Shown here: one piece after another, positions 23,110 to 37,100 of the stretch
Position numbering within the stretch: the first letter of the stretch is position 1
Layout of the letters: each line of letters begins with the position of its first letter
Origin: Octopus sinensis
Taxonomy: Eukaryota
Direction: 5' to 3'
Assembly (NCBI RefSeq): GCF_006345805.1
Contig: NC_043021.1
Span: 5,704,001-5,768,000 of the forward strand
DNA: 64,000 bases
Notes under the pieces: generated by a model
What the model was told of the DNA's origin: nothing
Databases searched by the model: none
What the model saw: only the letters and a program-made list of their open reading frames with translations
Program-made: the position numbers and the translations under genes

Positions 23110-24809
23110 GTAAGTAGAATCGGTTTGTTTCCTTCGGCGACTTTTGTTCCATTTAAAACGGAATTTCTTCGATCGTAATGTCGGTTAAAGCTACGTGGAA
23201 AGCTGACTCGATGTTCGAGCTACGTTTCCCACTCATTTTCGTCTCTTGATATCGGGGAAACCGTGTAGAATTTAGCGATTTAGTTTCACCCATCTTCCGG
23301 CTTCGTTCCATGCGAAACGACAAAGAAGTGTGGCGGAAAAATGGCTGACAATTTGAAAAAAAAAAAAAAAATTTTTTTTTTTCCCTCCTTTAACAATTTA
23401 TCGTTACCAGCTTCAACCTAAAGGGGCTGCTTTCGAATTCATTGCATTATTTCCCATTTTATTTCGACCTTACGAACAATACACAGCCTTAATTTCAACG
23501 CCACATGTCTAATAAAGGGTTGTGTATAACCAAACAGAAGAGATTGCTCAATACAACATCTCCTCCTCCTGGCTTCTTCTCTCTTTTTTTTCTGTGTCTG
23601 AGGTTTTTTTATGTCTATTTCTGTCTCCTCTCCTGATTGAACGCGCAAAAAAAAAGAGCTAGAAATCTCTTAAGTTTGCAAACGGATTTCTATTTTCTAT
23701 ATATATGATGATGCAAGCTAGATATATATTAGTAGATTGAATGTCTGGCCTCAACAAAAATCCATCCAAAGAATGCAATAGTACATATGAACTTAGACAT
23801 TTTCTCATACACACTGATTATATATATATATATACATACATTATATGTATATGTATAATGTGTATATATATATATACATACATTATATGTATATGTATAA
23901 TGTGTATATATATATATATACATACATTATATGTATATGTATAATGTGTATATATATATATATACATACATTATATGTATATGTATAATGTGTATATATA
24001 TATATATATATATACATACATTATATGTATATGTATGTGTATATGTATATATATACATACATTATATGTATATGTATATATATATACATAATATGTATAT
24101 GTATATATATATATATACATAATATGTATATGTATATATATATATACATAATATGTATATGTATATATATATAATACATAATATGTATTGTATATATATA
24201 TATATACATTATATGTATATATATATATATATACATACATATGTATATGTATATATATATATATACATACATATGTATATGTATATATATATACATACAT
24301 ATGTATATGTATATATATATACATACATATGTATATGTATATATATATACATACATATGTATATGTATATATATATACATACATATGTATATGTATATAT
24401 ATATACATACATATATATGTATAATGTGTGTGTGAATGGATTGCTTAGATATATTGCATGGCATTATACAATTTTGTCCAACCAACTATTGTATTTACAG
24501 AGGCATGATAATAAAATCCTGTGTGTATATTATATCTAATATATATATTTATCTATTGCTAGATGAGATACAGTTGATCCCACCAATAACGAGTTTATTA
24601 TCTATATATATAATTTATTTTGCAGAAGGAGCTTCTACAGGACTAGAACTGTTTCATTCAGATGAAATCTTAAGGAAGCTGGCTGAAGATTTCATCTGAA
24701 TGAAACAGTTCTAGTCCTGTAGAAGCTCCTTCTGCAAAATAAATTACTTCACTCTGCTATGTATTGAGTACCTTATTTACTGTGGTTAACCCCTACTCAA
24801 CCAGGGACC

Positions 24810-24848
<39 letters not shown>

Positions 24849-27800
24849 TTAGTTTGATTTGAAAACCCCACTAGAATGGGTAGAAAGCTCTATAATACAT
24901 GATCTAAGGTATATGATGTATAAAAAATGTAATATACAAATAAATATCTGTAAATATAAAACCATCCGACTTTCTGAGTACCTCATTTCTTCTAATATAA
25001 AATACCTGTACATCATCTCCAAACCTTCCAATATATATATATATATATGTGTGTGTGTGGATACATATATATATATTGGAAGGTTTGGAGATGATGTACA
25101 GGTATTTTATATTAGAAGAAATGAGGTACTTACAGATATTTATTTGTATATATGTGTGTGTGTGTGTGTGTGGATACATAGGTCGACACGCATGTGGCGG
25201 CTCCCTTAATATCCTGCAAACTACAAATACATTCGCCACATTTCGATAAGGACCGTTACACGAACCGCTCCTCGTCCTTTGAGTAGCTTTTTGCTGTTTG
25301 AAAATATTCCTTGATTTTTATTTGCCGTGTTTGTTTGTTCTTACCAAACATGTACATATATGTTTTTGTGTGTACACGCCCATACTGTTCCGAATAAATA
25401 AAATAAAATAAATTTACCCAAAGAAATTGTAATAAATAAATAAATGTATTAAATTTCCCCAGGTAAAAAAACCCACAAGGAGACTTCTAAATACCGCAAA
25501 AATTCAATGAAGAAGCGCTAAGATGTCTATCCTCAAGAGTGAAAATAATTTCCCCCACCTCATTGATAATGAATAAAAACAGTGATTAAAATTAGTAGTG
25601 GTGGTTGATCTCAAATCTTCTCTAAAACCGAGAGATATAGGATAGATAGAGCTTTTTGTTTTGATCAGATTTAGCTAATATATATCAAAGACTGCTTTAT
25701 CCAGTGTCTTCTTACAGTTTTAAACCAGGATATGAATTTTAGCTTACTATTTCTGAACACTCCTTGTAATAAGAGGCTCGCCTTTATCTCGCGCACAATT
25801 TCTTGTATGCGTGTGGTGGTAGTTAAATTCAAATGTGCTTAGATGCGATATGTATCATCTATACATATCGCATCCTTTTTTTTTTTAATATATATATATA
25901 TATTAGACTTAGTATGTGTGGAGCATTGTTATCCAATGTGTTTTCAATGTTTAGAAATGGTAGGATTTGATTTTTAGGGCGATTTTTGGTTTGTAGTTTC
26001 CTACACTGGTTTTCAAAAAAAAATGCTTTCGTCTTATGAATGTATTTGTGTGTATACACTCACACACACACACGCATCATGTCTTGTATGTATGTCAAGC
26101 CTGTGCGTGTGTATACAACGTTTATTGTATGCGTGTATGTTAGGAGGAGGAGGAGAAGCAGCAACTCTTGTGTCATGACACAGTAGTCACTAATGGCGGG
26201 CTTCTCTCTCAAATATTTACCAGATGTCTCTCGCTTCATTTTTTCTCTTTCTGGCCTACATATATAATTTGTAAATATATAATAAACATTGGATTAAATA
26301 GAAATACAAAGTCTACGTTCCGTAATAACGATGGTCATTCATAGATGTTTAAAAATAAGGGAAACCTCCCATAAGATGTTATATAAGAAGGCAACAGTGT
26401 ATGGTTGTGGCTTACTTAGATAGGAAGAGGAAAATGAAATATTCATTTCTCTTCATAGCAGCTCTAACTCTAAAATCTAGACGTTACATAATTTTTGATA
26501 TCCTAACGGATTTTTATGACTTTTAAAGCAAATTTTTATTTTTAAATAAAGTATATAAGTTTTTGGAAATGTGTGTTCCTCATTTTCTGTTTTGTTCATA
26601 TATTTTTATGCCTTTGTAACCTGAAATTTATTTTTAGCACCATGTTGAGAGAAAGACGCATTGGTCTGTCTTTATTAGTGGCGAAGCTAAAGGACGTGTA
26701 CACAAACTCTAAATAAAATTTAATCTAATTTCTTAATCGTTCGTAATGATCAAATGGTGAAGAAATTTACATTTGGTCGTCAAAAATTTAATCTTATAGT
26801 TTAAGAAGATTCGTGAACGTAATTTTATGATGTAATAGGGCACGTGCTTGCTATTTCATCTTGCTTCTATTTTCCGTTTTCCTTCCTCGAATGTTCTTTT
26901 AAATTATTTACAATTTCATTTCTCAATGAAATTTGAAGCCGTGAATCTTAAATTTTGAAATTTCGAATCAAAATATATCTATAGTTTGCATTTTTCATAT
27001 TATCGCCTTTAATATTAAGAAAGAGTATATAGTTGTATCTTAGATGGATTAAATGTCCTTTGTGTGTGTGAAAGGAAGACACACGTGCTCTTTTATAAAA
27101 GTGGTTGGTGGAGTTTGAAACGGGAACGTTTGATTTATTAGTTGCTATGGTGCGAGATGAATGTCTGGGCGCGCGGCCGAGTGGAAAAAAGTATCTTTTT
27201 TTAAAATGTTAACGATTTTTGCTTTGAGATTAAGGTCAACAGTATACGATTCAACGATGCAAGCCACACAGCGACTGTCTATTTTTTTTTTAGTGATCTC
27301 TTCGTCGTTGGTTACGATTTGACTGGTTCCTATGTATGAGACCCAGTTTGATGTGAACTTTATTTGTAATATTCATTTATTTGTAAATGATTAAGGGTTC
27401 ATAATCAGTTAAAAATTGCAATGCTTTGATCTAAAACAGGTTGGAGGCACTTTGGTATGCACTAGGCCTTCTGGAGAGTAGCGTATTTGTGTTGAGAATA
27501 AACCTTATTTTACAAATTCGTAGGTAAACAAGATATAAATTATTTTGGAGGGTTCTCAATCTATTATTTGCAAAAAAAGGTATTGGTTTGTTTATGAAAT
27601 TATTTCAATTCATTATGTGATATTATGAATGGAAATAATTTAGAACGAAATGCTTAATTGCTGATATTGAAGCAAAAAAAAAAAAAATAACAACCTTATT
27701 TAGACGTGCGAACAGAGACTAGTGTAATTTTCTATATATGAGGTATTTATAGAGAATATATTGTACAGGTGTACATAATTTAACATTCTATAAAGAAAGC

Positions 27801-30800
27801 ATTACGTCTCAACGATGTTGATACATACGAATAAGTTAAAAAATATATATTAAACATGTATCTGCACAGCTAGTCTTTCACACGTTAATTACATAAAAAA
27901 ACTTTTGGAAACAGGTGGTTATTTTAAAATTTTGGGGTGTAGGTTTCATAGTCTTCCTCCTATATATTTTTTTTCACTGGTTTAATTTTTGGTTAATCTT
28001 CATCAAGCAAATCTATGCTCAAAGGTGTTCTATGATCCTGTTTTGCTTCTGGATATAATATCACATTATTCAGTGCATAATTTCTGAATATGGGTGTTGA
28101 TTTCAATAAGATCAACGTTTTTCTTTCTCAGTTTCTCAAATGGAGTATGTGTGTATCTTAACTCATTGTGATGTACATAATATATTGCTCATCGAATTGG
28201 TGACCCACATACATTTCGAATATGAGATCTATTTTTAAAAATAACAACATAATGACATGTATTTCTTATAAGAAATAAACTTCTCAAAGTAGATTTATTA
28301 ATGTTTGCTTCTTGATGGTTCATTTTTGTAACTCTGTAAAATTTGCCTGATAGAATGTTAAAATTGTTCCAGAGTAAAAATCACAGAAAAAAATATCTTG
28401 GGAGGCAGTGAATTTTGAGAGCTGCAGTTTAGCCAACATTAGATATGTACTGGAATGAGTATTCAGATTGGTTGAATTCCATCAAGTGTTATTTGGGTAT
28501 AGAGAAGAGTTTGGTTTTGTGACTGATGTGTGCATAATCTATTGTTTTGAGAACTCTAATTAAGACTTATATTTATATTTTCAGAATATAATTATTCAGG
28601 TGCCAGTGGTGGCCAAGCTGGGTAAGTTAACAAAATAGTTGAAATAATTTCGTTTTCGATTTATTTCTATGAAATTTTGCGTCATATTTTTGAATAACTG
28701 TCTTTGTTTTCCTTCACAGCTACAGCTACAATGCCTATGGCGGCACTGCTGCCGGAGACAGTAGCTCTTACCAGCCGGCTACTTACAGCCAACAGGTGAG
28801 TCCTTAATTTTCTGGCTTGTTCAAGCTGTACACAGCTTAACTTGGGCCCATTTTTTTCAAGTTTTCCTCAACATTTCATCCTTGTATATTCTGGCCAGTA
28901 TTTTTATATCTGTCAAGGGTGAAAATAAAAATAACAGCTAAATGTACTAGATTACTATTAATTAGAATTTATTATCCAGAACATTACTTAATTCTCTCTA
29001 CACGATTATTTTTTTCTAGAGTTCTTCACATTTTAGCATGAATAATGACTATACATGTAATAGAACAGTTTTAGCTAAATAATAGTTGCAGACTATAAAG
29101 TAGTGATAAAAAGTTTTCTTTTGTAATGAATATTCTATTTCTTGCTTTTCTTCAGGGATATGGTCAGACTTACAGTTATGACCAGTTGTCCTATAGTCCA
29201 TCTACGGCAGCACCCCAAGCTGCGGTCCCTTCATCTTATGCTCAACAGCCTGGTTATGGTCAAACAGCATATGGACAGACTGTATACAGCCAGTCAGGTT
29301 AGTTGGTTTTTATTTGGAATTTATTTAAAAAGCACATCTCCCTGCCTTTTACTACTTAAAATTATATATGTGACTTATTTCCAAATATTTTGAATTTTTT
29401 TTCCCCCTCTTATTTGAACTTGCGATCTAAAGCTAATAATACTTTACACTGCTTGCTTTTTTTCCCCCCTTTTATATCACTGGAATGTTTATATACTTAC
29501 TTTTCTCATAAATTTAAATGTAATAAATTTAACTTAATTGACTGCATAAACTTTTTGACTAACTGCCATAATTTACTGTTCTTGTATCCCATTATTGTAC
29601 ATTTAACGGTGTATATTGTCTACACAAGCATTATTTGTTAAAAATTTCTAATGCAATTTCTCTTCGTATTTGTACATTGGCTTTTCCTATATGCTTGCCC
29701 TTCATCCTGTTAGTATTAACACAGTTGTCACTTATTTTGTTAAACTTCAAAAGAGATGCTTATTGTTTATATATATATATAGATATATATATCAAATAGT
29801 TTTGTTTTTAATTTTTTGGGGGGAGAAATGGGAGGCATCAAGCAGAGCAGGAACTCACAGTTTTGCTACTAATCTCTTTCAGGCCAGCCAGCTCAACAGT
29901 CTTATGGTCAATATGGCCAGACATATGGTCAGAGCTCGGATGGTTCCGCCTACGGCCAACAATCTTCCTATTCTCAGCAAGGTAACCACAGATTGCTTCT
30001 AGGATATTTTCCATGATTATAAATGGTGTCTCCCAGTACAGCCATTCCCTTTTCTTTTCGTTTTTTCTTCTTGAAGTTTTAAACGTGCATGAATAAATTT
30101 TGGTCTTAAAAACCTTTTTTTAACAATTTTTAATGTAGCCTCCTGCCATAGATATGACTTAGGATGTAGATCTTCTATACAGCTGATAATTCATTGAAAT
30201 GTTGAAGTTGCTGCTATTGTGTACAAGGATGTTGTCACAGTTTATATGAAACCTTATTGGAACAATGCTCTGGGTCACCATTTAGAGCTAATTGAAACCA
30301 GTTCTAAAAGTTTATTGGTTTCCATGACTAGTTTATGTATAACCCAACCTTTGCCACCATTGGGCATCAAAGAGAGCACCCCCTCCATACCTTTTCCTTA
30401 CAATAAAATTTTCATGAAATACATATGAATGAATAAGCATCTCATTTGATAGTAATCTGAATGCTTAAGAATTCTTGTAGAAATAAACAGTATTAGTGTT
30501 GTAGTCACATGTTACTGTTTACTGAACAGAGCTGATTTCAACTTTGTTGTTATGGATACTGTCAGTGTATACTATATAGTGGTATATTAAGCTAGTATTG
30601 GGGAGACAGTAAGAATTACTGCTTTTGGGAATGTAGGTGGGTGTCATTATAGTAACTGTCATGAAAAATTTTGAGTCAATATGGAGGAAATAGTGTCAGC
30701 TCTGAACATTTGGCTATAAATTTTTCATCACGGGGTTGTCTGCCCCAGGTGCTAGTCCAGCAACTGTGCAGTTAAAAGATGTGTTTGACTTGAATTAACA

Positions 30801-33800
30801 ACAGTGAAGTGTAATTTTATAAATTCTGTTTTCTCTGTAGTAACAATTAACTATTATCTCAAATATTAACAAATTAACAAGATAGATGTCTTAGTTCACA
30901 GATAACCACAGTACAAGTTCTGTATCATTTAAGTGTGACTATATTCCGTAACTTAGCAATTTGTATAATGTTTATACAAGTGTAGAACAGTGCTCATGTT
31001 TTGAGAAACTTTCTAAGACTCTGCTTGCTCAGAAATTTGTCATTGGGTCATCTGACACAAGTATTTTGACTTGATTTGCTCCCTTTCAGTGATGAGTATC
31101 TCTTAGGCATTTTGACTGGTCTCAAAATCTGTTTTGATTTAGAAATCCGCCAACAATTTTTGCTCAAAAGCTGGCCAAATTAATATACACAGCTGAAACA
31201 GCAATTGGATTCCACTTCAGTCAATTATATTTTAGGTGATAATTTTGCTCAAAGAAACCATTCAAATTTGTGTAATATTTCATGTTTGAGTGCAAAATAA
31301 ACATTGTTTCCTGTCTTTTGAGTTAACAGGAAAATGTCTTCATAATTTCTCTCAAAAAAACCTCAGCATGCTTTTCCAAGAATTGAAAGTTTTGTGTCTT
31401 TTGTGAGGAATAGTTTGGCATCTAATACACAAATAATCATATTTAGAATTATTAAATTTCTGTATTTTTGAGACTTGATACTGGAACATTTGGTTTTTAA
31501 AATACATTTTATTCTGCTGATTTAATATATTTGTTTCACTTGACAACTTTTTTTTACTTGACATTTATAACTTTTTTTTTTTTTCAGTTGACAAGTTTTA
31601 CTACATTTTTAAAAAGCATATCTGATAGTTTTAGGTAAAAGTGGATTTTCATATGTCCTTTTAATAAATGAAAGCATAATGTTTTGCTATTTAAACTGAC
31701 AGGTTATGGTCAGGCTGCACAACCTCCTGCTTCAAGCAGTAGTGGCAGTGGCGGTGGAAATGGGGGCTACAGTCAGCAAAGTTATGGTCAGCAGAACAGT
31801 AGCTACAGTGCTCCTCCTCCACAGCAGCAGCAACAGACTGGTTATGGTCAACAGAATTCCTATGGTCAACAGCCAGCCCAGCCACAAAGCAATTATGGAA
31901 ATCAGCAACATAGCTATGGTGACTACAACCAACAAGGTGGCTACGGAGGTGCTCCTCAGCAACCTCCCCCACAGGCACCATCTGGTGGCTATGGCGGCCC
32001 TCCTCCTCCCAAAAATTATGGCGGTAAGTGGCTAAGTAGATCAGCTGTCGTTTTTCTTGTTGAAAATTAGCAAAATAAAATTTAAGGACTTGAAATTGAA
32101 TGTGGGTTTCAACATTGAATGTATTTATATTGTTTAGTAATTATTTTGAGAAAATTACCATGATGGAAGAATCTTCAGTGATACATTTGTACCGTTTTTA
32201 ACTCTTTTAATATATTTCTGTAATAAAGGGGCGGGGGCATAAAAATCACAATATTTTTGATTTACCTAAAACCTCTTTGGGATGCAGATCAATAATTATG
32301 CATTTTTCTCAATTGGGCTATAAACATACTCTCATATTGTAGTTTTCCTATATATATATATATCTCTTGGTATCTATAAGTTACAGGGCATTCTTATGTA
32401 GATTTATTAAAGGTGAGATACAAATGTGTATTTAGTTTTTCTACATTTCTCTATATCTGAATCCATATTCTATTGAGTGTTAAGGTTTGGTTAGTAATAT
32501 TAACCTGTGCACAGTTGTAACCATCAGTTCATGATTTTCTTTTTCAGACAATCGCAGTAGTAGTCGTGGTGGAGATCGTAGTGGCAGTGGCGACCGTGGT
32601 GAGCGCGGAGATCGTGGCAACAGTAGTGACAGAGGAAGTGGCAATTCAGGCTATGGGTGAGCTTAATTTTTCTATTTCCCCCCTAAAACTCTCATCTTGG
32701 TACATGTGACTTAATTTCCTTTAAAATGTGTTTTCTAAAGAAATCTTGGACAGTAAGAGGAGTCAAGTTGTTGGTTCCAACGGACATGTTTCCCTCCCAT
32801 AAACAACTTGTCGGTAACATTTTCTTAATGGTGCTCTCTCCTCTGTTGATATTGGTAAGACAATGTTGCGTGCAAATTCTTTTACAACACCTTTGTCACA
32901 TTTCGGTGACTGTTACGTTTAATCGACTATGACCTTTTGGCTTGTGTAAATTCTCAAGGTTACCTTCCCACTGCAATATCATCATGAAACTGTTCTCCAT
33001 TGGTCCCAACTCATTTATTGTTATGAAATTGAAAGCTGTACAGTAGGGAAAACATGGTATGGATGAGTGGGTGGAAGTGTTTCACTTGGTCAGCATTTAC
33101 AAAAAAAAAGGACACGAGCATTCCAGGGAAAAGTTGTAAAATAATTTTTTATTTTGTTTTTACTTTTGCGCAAATTCTTTTTGGTGCATTCAAGGACTCA
33201 AAAAAGACTCATATATGGGGGAAGAAAACAAAAAATTCTGAAGTTTCATCAAAACAATAAAAAAAAAAATTTTTTTTTTTTTTCAAAAGACAATTTTTTT
33301 AACATACATGAAATACTCTGGTACACTTGGTTGATATATTTTGCCTTGTCTCTAGGCTGTTTTTGCATGCAATATTCTGAGAATATGGATAAGACTATTT
33401 GTTGGTCTGCTGGATTATCACTCCATGAAAGTTGGTGGTATATTTCTTTGAATATGAATTACAGAAATTGAAAAGCTTATATGATTTTCTTAAATTGTTT
33501 CAAGCTTTAACAATCTAAATTGGTAGCTTCAGTTCTTTCATTATTTAGGATGTGATGGTAATGAGTTTGAATGTTTTGGCTGAATACATCTTTGCCATGC
33601 TTCTTATTTCAAAATCCTACAGTTTGTCTCTTTTGGTCAGATGCTTAGTTCACTTAGGGTGATATATTAATCTATAATGGAAATTCTTAGAATCTCCTTT
33701 GCCATTTAGTTTTCAAATCCGTTCCTGCAGTAACAAGCTGTTTACATTTTATCAGCCCGTATCACCAAGGATAGTCGAACCTGTTGCAGCGATTGCCATT

Positions 33801-34065
33801 GTTTGCATCATATCCAAACTGAGGGTGTAAAATTTGTCTCCTGGCTTTGTTTAATTGCAAGAAACTTGGTTTCTCAAGTAGTTTTTTCATCAAACTTGCA
33901 TTTTCAAAAACTAGTTATGATGGTCATAATCAAAAATTAATGGAAAATTATAAGAATTGTTGGGTGTGCTCAAAAGGTTTTATGAAATGTGTTTATAAAC
34001 AGTCCAGTAAGGTGTGCACATACGCTTTCTCTACAGCTTAGCAACTAACTGTTAAGTTATGCCAT

Positions 34066-34113
<48 letters not shown>

Positions 34114-37100
34114 CATATGTATATATATGAATGAAAGACTGGAATGTTTGTATTGTGACATATGATATTGGTACCTGAACTCTTAGTTATCTGGATTGTG
34201 TTCAGTTCCACTGTATGAGTATTGTAAATAAAACACATTCTCATTGTATTCCATTGCTTCAAATCACTGGTTGCAGGTTTATTTGTCAGGTGACTTAAAT
34301 GACTCCAATTAACTGATATTACTGGAGAGATTTTGAGGTGCGTCTGATATTAAAAGTTGAATTTAAAAAACAAGAAAGAAACAGCTACTGTTGTAGTATT
34401 GGAATGTGTTGGAATCTTTAAAAGTAATATAGGATTTGGATTTTTTTAAGAAAAATTTTTTTCTCATTTTCAAAGAAATCATTATCTATACATATTTTCC
34501 CATAAATATGAAAACTGGTTCCATTACAAGCTATTGTTGCACCAATGCAATCATGAGATCCACAACTTGGCTTCACTGAATCCTGCAATGGATAAACCTA
34601 TCCCATTATTTCTCCCATCATATTTATTGGTTACTTGGTGTATTTTTTCCTTCAGATTTTCCCAAACCGAAACTTAAGGTTCTGCACCATTTCTATTTTC
34701 CTCCCCTAGTGTAAAAAAAAATTATTAGTGTACTTTCAGTAAATTAAGTGAAATTATTAATTTATTACATGACATATTTTTCCTTTTAATATTTAATTCT
34801 CTTGCTTAAGTATTTAGTGTTTTTGGGGACCAGAAAAATTTGCAGAACTGAATGAGTGAATGAGTTTCAGTTGTTGGTATTGATGACCTGATTAAAATTA
34901 AAATTTTGTACAGATTGATACATTCAGTATATATAATTTTTCTGGTCCCAATGTCATTTCATTTACCCCACCTTTTTTTTTTTCTTAACATATACATCTG
35001 TTCAGAAATAGCAAAACTGGTCTTATTAATATTGTGTGTGTGTGTGTGTGTGATATACATGTGTATGGGCTTATTTAAAAGAATTTTTTTTTTTTCTAAG
35101 TGTGCTTTTAGTATAAATTGAAAATTGGGAGTATGTGTACTCTACTAAATTCTTTAGATTTTGGTAGAATACATATAAAGGGTACTTTGTGGGCATATTT
35201 TTATAGTTTCCAAGGTTTACCATTTACCATTCCTCAATCGTCTTAAAAAAAAAAAAAAAAGATTGTATGCAAATAGCTGTTTTCACCCTCATTTTTTTCT
35301 CTTGTAATTGTGGCCGCCTTGTATAATAATGTTTGTTTTGATGATGAAAAATAATGCAAACTTTCTTTTTTTTTTAAAGTCATCTATTTCTGACAGGTCA
35401 CATTGAAGGTCAGTTTCGAGACACTAATGTGTTGCAAAATAAAATCAAAATATAAAGACCAATATAATGCTTTAAAATCCTTATATACTGAAGTGCTGCT
35501 CTAAAAGCAAACAAAAGTTACAGGAAAAATACAATGATTTTTCTTTAACTTTTGAGCAAATGTTTTAACCTGTAAGAAAGCAAGTGAAACAAAACCCAGT
35601 CCATGCTGACCCCCTAAAATATCAGCTTAATGCTTTCCCCTGCCCTGTTCCTTCTCTTGTGGTTTTGGTGTTCAACAGTGTCTGCATACATTACAGAAAA
35701 ACCTATCTTGGTATATAGTTAGGCCATGCTGGTACACAAATAGAAGTCTTGTATATAGAGATATATATATGTTATATATATAAATATATATGAATGAGTT
35801 TTTTAAAAAAACATTTTTTTCTTCAAAACATTTTTAAATCTCTGAAAACGTTTTTTCTTTTTCAATCATCCATTTTGATAAGTAAAGTTGTATTTAAGAC
35901 AAAAAAAAGAAAAAGGTAAAACAACAAAACAAATTAGTACCAATCAACCAACCAGAAAGTTGTTGTCCCAACTGCTGTCTCTATGGTGTGTCTCTAATGC
36001 AAAACATTAGCTTGTGTTGCTTATGACGTGTCTCAGCTACTACAGCATGACTTTGTAATGAGTAGCCCATTGAATCCATCTACACCAAGAGGTTTCTGGT
36101 ATATTGTTATATATACATATATGTATGTATATATATATTCTTTCCTCAGGTGGTTTGCTTATTAGCCAACGAAAGATATATTAAAAGGTGAATTCAAAAG
36201 TTCTAGATGAATATATATATACATGTCTATATGTATATGTTTTGGTGTTTTTAATTGGTTTATTTTTTTTTTCCGTGGTTGAAATGGTTTGAAAAATTTA
36301 AATGTGCCCCTATTTAGTGTAAACTAAATCAGATGACTGTAAAAGGGTTAACAGCTATGAAATTGTTCATGATTATTATTTATTTTTTTTTTGAAATGGT
36401 GTTTGCCCACACGGGGTTAAAAAAAAAAAAGTATTAAAAAAAAAACAATTTACAGTTTTGCAACAACAGCCTTAGCGTGTCTTAGAAATGTCCTGCATTT
36501 GAGCTGCTTGGAAATGGTGAAAAATGACCGGGTGAAGAGAAATCTTGGCCTTGTCAGTAGAGCATTCCATCTGTAGGATGGACTGTTATTACTGAACTTT
36601 CCTAATGTATTTCAGCGGTGGCAGAGGAGGCTTCAACAAAAGTTATGGTGGTGGTAAGTGACTGGTTAAGGCTGTTACAGCCTCCTCTTTTCTTATCCTC
36701 GGTATTTCACACACACTCAACTTCCACACTTGCTCACATACACACACATTCGGACAAGTCAACAAGCAAACACCCCCACTGAGAAATTGCATAACGTCTT
36801 TGATTTCACAACAATCCATGACATTCAGAATTCTTCAAAACTGTTAATGGTATTGTGTGTATATATGTATTTGATTATTTGGGCATTTAACTACGACGAT
36901 AAAAATACCATAGACAACATGTACACTCATGGTTGTTTTGAAAATTAGATCAGTCTTTTGTGACTAATTACAATGAAAGCCAGAATGTTTGTAAGGTAAT
37001 TTACATAATGGTGAATTAGAATCTGGTTATTCTTACTATCAATGATGTACACTGCTGAGCCATTTCGGTATGTTTTAGAGCATACGGCTGTGTTTAAAAC

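Noticed and set aside
31691-32035. Alternative-frame and antisense ORFs over FET exons 6 and 16
   Set aside because: They are shadows of low-complexity Gly/Gln codons in the real exons.
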